Assembly (NCBI GenBank): GCA_963740355.1
Contig: CAVUDW010000003.1
Span: 1,376,001-1,440,000 of the forward strand
DNA length: 64,000 bases
From: an uncultured Gemmatimonadaceae bacterium
GTDB lineage: Bacteria; Gemmatimonadota; Gemmatimonadetes; Gemmatimonadales; Gemmatimonadaceae
Reading direction: 5' to 3'
The notes below the pieces were generated by a model that worked only from the letters and a program-made list of their open reading frames with translations, did not search any database and was not told the origin of the DNA. The position numbers and the translations under genes are program-made. Of this stretch, positions 59,093 through 64,000 are shown one piece after another. The first letter of the stretch is position 1. Each line of letters starts with the position of its first letter.

Positions 59093-59325
59093 ACCGCCTC
59101 CCTGGAAGATTTCCGCAGCGGCGGCCAGTCGGGCGCGCGCTGCGTTGCTCCGGGAGAGGCGGCACCCGCCGCCCCTTGCACACCGCATCCTCGCCTGACG
59201 AATAACCGGCGCCCGCTGGACGCCAACGCCCCCCCGGGCGACCGTGTATGCACTCACAGAGACGGCTGCACCAAACGTCTCCCCCCTTATCGATCGCGCC
59301 ACTGTGGCGCTTCTACACTGGCTTC

Positions 59326-59922
59326 ATGACCTCGGTTGGTTTGAGCACTGGTCCGCCCGCCGACAGCAATGCCGACGAGCCCGGGCTGGTGGAGCGGGTG
59401 CAGCAAGGCGACACGGCGGCGTACGCGGTACTCGTGCAGCGGCACCTGCCGCGCGGCTACCGCATCGCGTGGCGCGTGCTGCGACATCGCGAGGATGCCG
59501 AAGATGCAGTGCAGGATGCCTTTCTGCGGGCGCTGGAACGGATCGAGCAATGCGATCCCGGACGGCCCTTTGGTCCTTGGTTTTTTCGGATCGTGGCGAC
59601 GACGGCGATCAACAAGCAGCGCTCGGCGAAGCGACGCGAAACGGAAGTGCTGTCTGACGCAGAGGTGAGTGAGGCGGTGGGTCCGGCCGATTCGGCGGTG
59701 CTCGGCGCGCTGCGCGAAGAGGTGGACCTGGCACTGGCGACACTGCCTCCGGTGCAACGCCAGCTGATCGAGCTGGTGACGTTCGAGGAGTTCACGCCAA
59801 CGGAGGCGGCGCAGGTGTTGGAGATACCGGCAGGAACGGCCCGATGGCATTTGCACGAGGCTCGCAAGGCGCTGCGGACGCAGCTGCACGCGTGGCTCGG
59901 TGACGGTGGAGAGGATGAATGA
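59326..59922 (+). CDS. ECF sigma factor
   Basis: EDAEDAVQDAF, FGPWFFRI, region 4 EAAQVLEIPAGTARWHLHEAR. Confidence 0.92.
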   Translation: MTSVGLSTGPPADSNADEPGLVERVQQGDTAAYAVLVQRHLPRGYRIAWRVLRHREDAEDAVQDAFLRALERIEQCDPGRPFGPWFFRIVATTAINKQRSAKRRETEVLSDAEVSEAVGPADSAVLGALREEVDLALATLPPVQRQLIELVTFEEFTPTEAAQVLEIPAGTARWHLHEARKALRTQLHAWLGDGGEDE

Positions 59923-60374
59923 CGATCGACCCGCGCGACGAGTCTCTGGACTCGAGGGATCTGAAGCACGAAATGGAACCAGGAATGGAAGTACACGATC
60001 CGCGACTCGACGCCGTCCTGCGGCGTGGCGACGGCGGTGCACCGCGCACCGACTTTGCCGCGATGCAGGCGCGCATCATGTCGCAGGCAGCGTTCCCGCT
60101 GGCGGCGCGGCGGCGGAGTGCGCGCACATCCACTGCCGACATGCTGGCAGCCTGGGTACGCGTCGCACTGCCATTGGCGGCCGCGGCCGCGATCTTCGCC
60201 GCCCTGGTGCTCAAGTCGGCCGAGCCGAGCATGCTGGCGGACGCTGAATTGCGCGACAGCGATCCGGCCGCGCTCCTCAGCGCGCTCGAGTCGGATGGCA
60301 GCAGTGGCCTCGCGCACCACCTCATCGCGAACGACGCCGTCGCGTCCAGCGCGGCGGAGTCGGAATCGCAATGA
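59919..60374 (+). CDS. Putative anti-sigma factor (single TM)
   Basis: ATGA overlap with sigma gene; TM ALPLAAAAAIFAALVL. Confidence 0.7.
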   Translation: MTIDPRDESLDSRDLKHEMEPGMEVHDPRLDAVLRRGDGGAPRTDFAAMQARIMSQAAFPLAARRRSARTSTADMLAAWVRVALPLAAAAAIFAALVLKSAEPSMLADAELRDSDPAALLSALESDGSSGLAHHLIANDAVASSAAESESQ

Positions 60375-60856
60375 CCACACCGCGTTCGCGGATGATGGCC
60401 ATCCTGACAGTGGTGGCCATGCTGGCGGTTGGCATAGCGGTCGGCATCGGGATCGAGCGCAAGTTGCTCCATCGACGATACGATGACCGCGGTGGCGCGC
60501 GCCGCGGCGGTGGCGGGGGCGGCGGTCCGTTCGGCATGATCTCGGAACCGGTCGACACCGCGAGCCGCAACAGAATGCGGGCGCGCATCGTGAAACGCAT
60601 CACCGAAGACCTTTCGCTCACACCAACGCAGGCCGTGGCAGTCGACAAGCTCTTCGCGCGCCGCGAACTGCAACTGGACTCGATTCGCAGTCATGTCGGT
60701 CCGCAGCTCGATTCCCTGCGCGATCAGATGCGTATCGCATTCGACTCGATCCTCACGCCGGAGCAGCGCGTGAAGTCCGCAGCGACGCGGAAGCGAATGG
60801 AAGAGCGTCGCAAGGCAGACAGCGCCAGCAGTGATGGGCCGGGGCCAAGGCGCTAG
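60371..60856 (+). CDS. Spy/CpxP-like periplasmic helical protein
   Basis: N-terminal TM, Gly-rich linker, LSLTPTQ and ILTPEQ motifs; ATGA overlap. Confidence 0.75.
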   Translation: MTTPRSRMMAILTVVAMLAVGIAVGIGIERKLLHRRYDDRGGARRGGGGGGGPFGMISEPVDTASRNRMRARIVKRITEDLSLTPTQAVAVDKLFARRELQLDSIRSHVGPQLDSLRDQMRIAFDSILTPEQRVKSAATRKRMEERRKADSASSDGPGPRR

Positions 60857-60943
60857 CTCGGCTCGACTGACCAAAGACGATGAGCGCGCCACAGAGACCT
60901 CTGGCGCGCTCATTTTTTACGGCGTCACGCGCATCATGCGACG

Positions 60944-61507
60944 CTACCCGCCCGACTCGATGCGAAGGAATCGCGTCCAGTTTTCCGGCTCGTCCTGTAT
61001 CGCGTCGGACAGGATCGTCAGGCCGTAGAGGATCGCGGCGCTGTGGCCGGCGACGGCCGCAATGGTACGATCGCCCTTCTCACTGACCATCTTCGCCGCG
61101 CCCGCCGTGTCATAGAACGGTTCTGTCCTGGCGCCGAACGCCTGCAGGAATCGACGACACTGCGCCAGCGCGACGGGATGACTGGTCACCACCTTCATGC
61201 CTTCCAGTGTCGAACCGGGGACACCGAGTAACGCGTGCACGATCGGGATGTCGGTAGTGCCGCCGAGATTCAGGCCGTCACTGAAATCATCCAGTGCATC
61301 GAGCGCCGAGGTGATCGGACCGACGACCATGTTTTCGACCGGCAGCACAGCGCCATCCGCCGAGCCGGATCGGACCGCCTCGAGCATCGCTGAGAAGGTG
61401 GTGCAGGCGATCGGGATTGTGTCGGGGCCCCAGAAGACACGAATGGCATCTTCGCTGAAGGCGCCGGGCGCTCCCTGAAACGCGATCCGGGGTCGTGCGG
61501 TCGTCAT
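60944..61507 (-). CDS. pheA: Prephenate dehydratase, catalytic domain only
   Basis: AFQGAPGAFSE, LPVEN, SHPVALAQC, DTAGAA, NWTRF; stops shortly after TRF; ATG 61507. Confidence 0.88.
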   Translation of the reverse strand: MTTARPRIAFQGAPGAFSEDAIRVFWGPDTIPIACTTFSAMLEAVRSGSADGAVLPVENMVVGPITSALDALDDFSDGLNLGGTTDIPIVHALLGVPGSTLEGMKVVTSHPVALAQCRRFLQAFGARTEPFYDTAGAAKMVSEKGDRTIAAVAGHSAAILYGLTILSDAIQDEPENWTRFLRIESGG

Positions 61508-61669
61508 GCGACGAATGTATCCGCCGCCGACGCATGGCGCGCAGGCGTTGACGCCGAGTACGCCGCGAATACTGTCGCACAGTTCGCTTGCCGATGCAGG
61601 CGATCCGAACATCGTCGCGAGGTGCGCCTGACAGACTCGCTGCCATTCCTCGGCCCGATCCTCGGATCG

Positions 61670-61711
61670 AAAAAACGAGGTGCCCCCGGCAAGCCGTCGC
61701 TCACCGGGGGC
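61670..61711 (-). terminator. Intrinsic terminator (minus strand)
   Basis: GCCCCCGGTGAGC-GACG-GCTTGCCGGGGGC with two minus-strand G-U pairs, then ACCTCGTTTTTT. Confidence 0.65.
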
Positions 61712-61721
61712 TGAACGTGCT

Positions 61722-61910
61722 TCAGGGCCCACCCGCCCCTCCACACGAAGAACTCGTTGTCGCTGAACGGTCGATCACGACCCTCAGATCCTGCCCTGTT
61801 GCTCGCGTCGGACCGGGTGGGGTACCGAGCGGGTCGTACCAGGTGTTGTCCAGCGAACTCATCCATAGACGCGTGACGTATGGTGGCGTCACAAGCGGGG
61901 GAGGCCCTGA
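61722..61910. ncRNA. Candidate structured RNA (nested rod, ~190 nt)
   Basis: Nested complementary pairs 61722-61736/61895-61910, 61760-61765/61851-61856, 61777-61783/61831-61837, 61801-61805/61826-61830. Confidence 0.35.
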
Positions 61911-62208
61911 GGGCCGAACCCCGCCCTTCTGGTGACCGGTCCAGCACGTCGCGCCAGCCAGACACATCCACTCAGTGGCCAATGACGTGTGAGGCTCCAC
62001 CTCGTCACGCCGCGCTCGGGCGCCCCGGCACCCGCGCCGGTGAGAGCTTGCCTGATGTTTCTGCGCGTGAACCGGCATGGAGCACTACGCCCGGAACGCA
62101 CACGCCACCCCGACTCGCCGGCCGATCGAGCCCCACCGCTTGACGCGGCCGTCTCATCCACGGAACGTGCTGATCCGTACCGCCGCCTTCACGCTGCCCA
62201 GGCCTCCC

Positions 62209-62778
62209 TTGGATCGGACCGATTCCGACGTCACTCGGCTGCTCGCGGCCCTCGCCAACGGCGAACCGCAGGCCATGGATCACCTGCTCCCGGTGATCTA
62301 CGACGAGTTGAAGCGCCTCGCCGCGTCCCAATTGCGACGCGAGCGCGACGAGCACACCCTCGGTGCCACCGCACTGGTGCACGAGGCCTTCCTCAAGCTC
62401 GTCGACCAGCGTGCGGTCGATTGGCGCGGTCGATCGCACTTCTTCGGCATCGCCGCGCAAGCGATGCGCCGCATCCTCGTCGATCACGCACGTCGGCGCA
62501 CGGCGGGCAAGCGGTCCCGCGATCAACAGGTCACACTCGACGAAGCGGCACCGATCGCCGCCGATTCCGACAGCGACGAAATTCTCGGTGTGCACGAAGC
62601 GCTCGAACGACTGGCGCTGCTCGATGAACGTCAGGCAAAGCTGGTCGAGATGCGCTACTTCGCCGGCTTCACGCTCGACGAAGCGGCCGAGTTGCTCGGT
62701 ATCTCGCCGGCCACGGCCTATCGCGACTGGGCGGTGGCGCGTGCCTGGCTGCAACGCGAACTCGCACCAGACGCCTGA
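62209..62778 (+). CDS. ECF sigma factor of the kinase-associated type
   Basis: DVTRLL, YDELKRLA, TALVHEAFLKL, AMRRILVDHAR, RDWAVARAWL; start uncertain (TTG 62209 or GTG 62167). Confidence 0.92.
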   Translation: MDRTDSDVTRLLAALANGEPQAMDHLLPVIYDELKRLAASQLRRERDEHTLGATALVHEAFLKLVDQRAVDWRGRSHFFGIAAQAMRRILVDHARRRTAGKRSRDQQVTLDEAAPIAADSDSDEILGVHEALERLALLDERQAKLVEMRYFAGFTLDEAAELLGISPATAYRDWAVARAWLQRELAPDA

Positions 62779-62793
62779 GGCGATCGCATCATC

Positions 62794-64000
62794 ATGGCGA
62801 TCGACGCACAACGCTGGGCGCAGGTCTCGTCGATCTTCGGCGACCTGCTCGCACTCTCCACCGCGGAGCGCGAAGCGCAGATCGGCGCGATCGAGGATGA
62901 CGACGTGCGGCGCGAAGTGCGCTCGCTTCTGGCCGCCGATGCTGGTGCCGCGGGTCGATTCGAGCGCGCACCAACCATCACCTCCGACGGCGCCACCACC
63001 ATCGGCCCTCGTCCCACGGCCGGACAACGAATCGGCGCCTGGCGCATCATCCGGCTGATCGGCGAAGGTGGCATGGGCGCCGTCTTCGAAGCCGTGCGCG
63101 ACGACAGCGGATTCACCAAGCGCGCCGCGCTGAAGATGGTGGGACGTGGGGCCACCGACAGCGCACTGATCCCGCGCTTCGAAGCCGAGCGTCGCATCCT
63201 CGCGAGGCTCGAGCACCGCAACATCGCGGCACTGCTCGACGGCGGTGTGGACGAGGACGGTCGCCCCTGGTTCGCGCTCGAATACGTGGAGGGGGAACGC
63301 ATCGATCGGTGGTGTGATGCACGCGGGCTCGATCTTCGCTCGCGCGTGCAGATCTTCCGCCAGGCCTGCAGCGCCGTGCAGTACGCGCATGAGCGCCTGA
63401 TCGTGCACCGCGACATCAAGCCAGCCAACATGCTGGTGGCGGCCGACGGCACGCTCAAGCTGCTCGACTTCGGGATCGCCAAGCTCACCGACGACAGCGA
63501 AAACGCGCTGACCGAGTTCGGTCCCGCGCCCATGACTGCGGCGTACGCCAGCCCTGAACAACGCGCCGGCAAGCCACTCACGACCGCCACCGACATCTAC
63601 TCGCTGGGTGTCGTGTTGTACGAATTGTTGACCGGGCTTCGCCCCAATGCGTTGTCCGCCAGTGAAAGCACACCGGCGCTGCCGAGCCGCCGACTGGCTG
63701 ATGCGGACGATGCCGCACCGGTCACCGCCGACGCATCGGCGCGCCGACGCGTGAGTCGTTCGTTGCAAGGAGAACTGGACGCGATCGTGATGATGGCGTT
63801 GCGGCCCGAACCCGATCGCCGCTATGCCAGTGCCGAGGAACTAGGGCGCGACCTGCAACGGTGGCTGGAAGGGCGGACAGTGCGCGCACAGCCCGACACA
63901 CTCGGCTATCGCACAGGGAATTTCATCCGTCGCAATCGACTCGCAGTGGCTGGTGTTGCGGTGGGCGTGGTGGCGCTGATCGCCGGCACGGTGGTCAGCA
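62794..64000 (+). CDS. Ser/Thr protein kinase (partial, runs off window)
   Basis: Absent from the ORF track; read manually from ATG 62794: RWAQVSSIF, IGEGGMGAVF, HRDIKPAN, DFGIAK, YASPEQ, DIYSLG, then start of a TM segment. Confidence 0.92.
   Translation, partial: MAIDAQRWAQVSSIFGDLLALSTAEREAQIGAIEDDDVRREVRSLLAADAGAAGRFERAPTITSDGATTIGPRPTAGQRIGAWRIIRLIGEGGMGAVFEAVRDDSGFTKRAALKMVGRGATDSALIPRFEAERRILARLEHRNIAALLDGGVDEDGRPWFALEYVEGERIDRWCDARGLDLRSRVQIFRQACSAVQYAHERLIVHRDIKPANMLVAADGTLKLLDFGIAKLTDDSENALTEFGPAPMTAAYASPEQRAGKPLTTATDIYSLGVVLYELLTGLRPNALSASESTPALPSRRLADADDAAPVTADASARRRVSRSLQGELDAIVMMALRPEPDRRYASAEELGRDLQRWLEGRTVRAQPDTLGYRTGNFIRRNRLAVAGVAVGVVALIAGTVVS

Noticed and set aside
61713..62171. 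9-bp direct repeat GAACGTGCT as a target-site duplication
   Set aside because: One 9-mer match within ~500 bp is close to chance expectation and there are no terminal inverted repeats
61720..62180. CsrB/Rsm-type RNA, T-box, tmRNA, SRP or cobalamin riboswitch
   Set aside because: The GGA count (about 9) is roughly what composition predicts; the T-box-like GGGTGGGGTACCG is on the wrong strand for pheA; diagnostic motifs of the others are absent

Overview
High-GC bacterial chromosomal DNA. Gene content and style are most consistent with Gemmatimonadota (inference, not tested). The left end carries a complete clade II (Sec-type) nitrous oxide reduction cluster (nosZ, nosB-nosL fusion, nosDFY, Rrf2 regulator) with a divergent cytochrome c lipoprotein. 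The rest is mixed housekeeping and accessory genes: secreted amidohydrolases/peptidase, three DinB proteins, two-component systems, a Zrg-like ABC system, two PAS-GGDEF-EAL proteins, a glutathionylspermidine-synthase-like operon, alkA, a TonB-dependent receptor, cysE-cysK-cupredoxin, a TerY-phosphorylation (vWA-PP2C-kinase) operon with a coupled fourth membrane protein, two ECF sigma modules and an ACT-less prephenate dehydratase. No tRNA, rRNA, CRISPR or transposase was seen. The intergenic DNA is highly structured: four copies of a long-inverted-repeat (MITE/REPIN-like) family, a REP/IHF-site mosaic array, a candidate sigma54-driven sRNA (about 18.34-18.49 kb) and a second candidate structured RNA (about 61.67-61.93 kb). 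Best leads are the extended TerY-P operon, the sigma54 sRNA, the HtrA pseudo-protease/LuxR pair, the FMN reductase-ankyrin fusion and the Met-repeat ABC permease. Start codons were re-chosen by eye where the ORF track was over-extended. All calls come from motif recognition only, with no database search.
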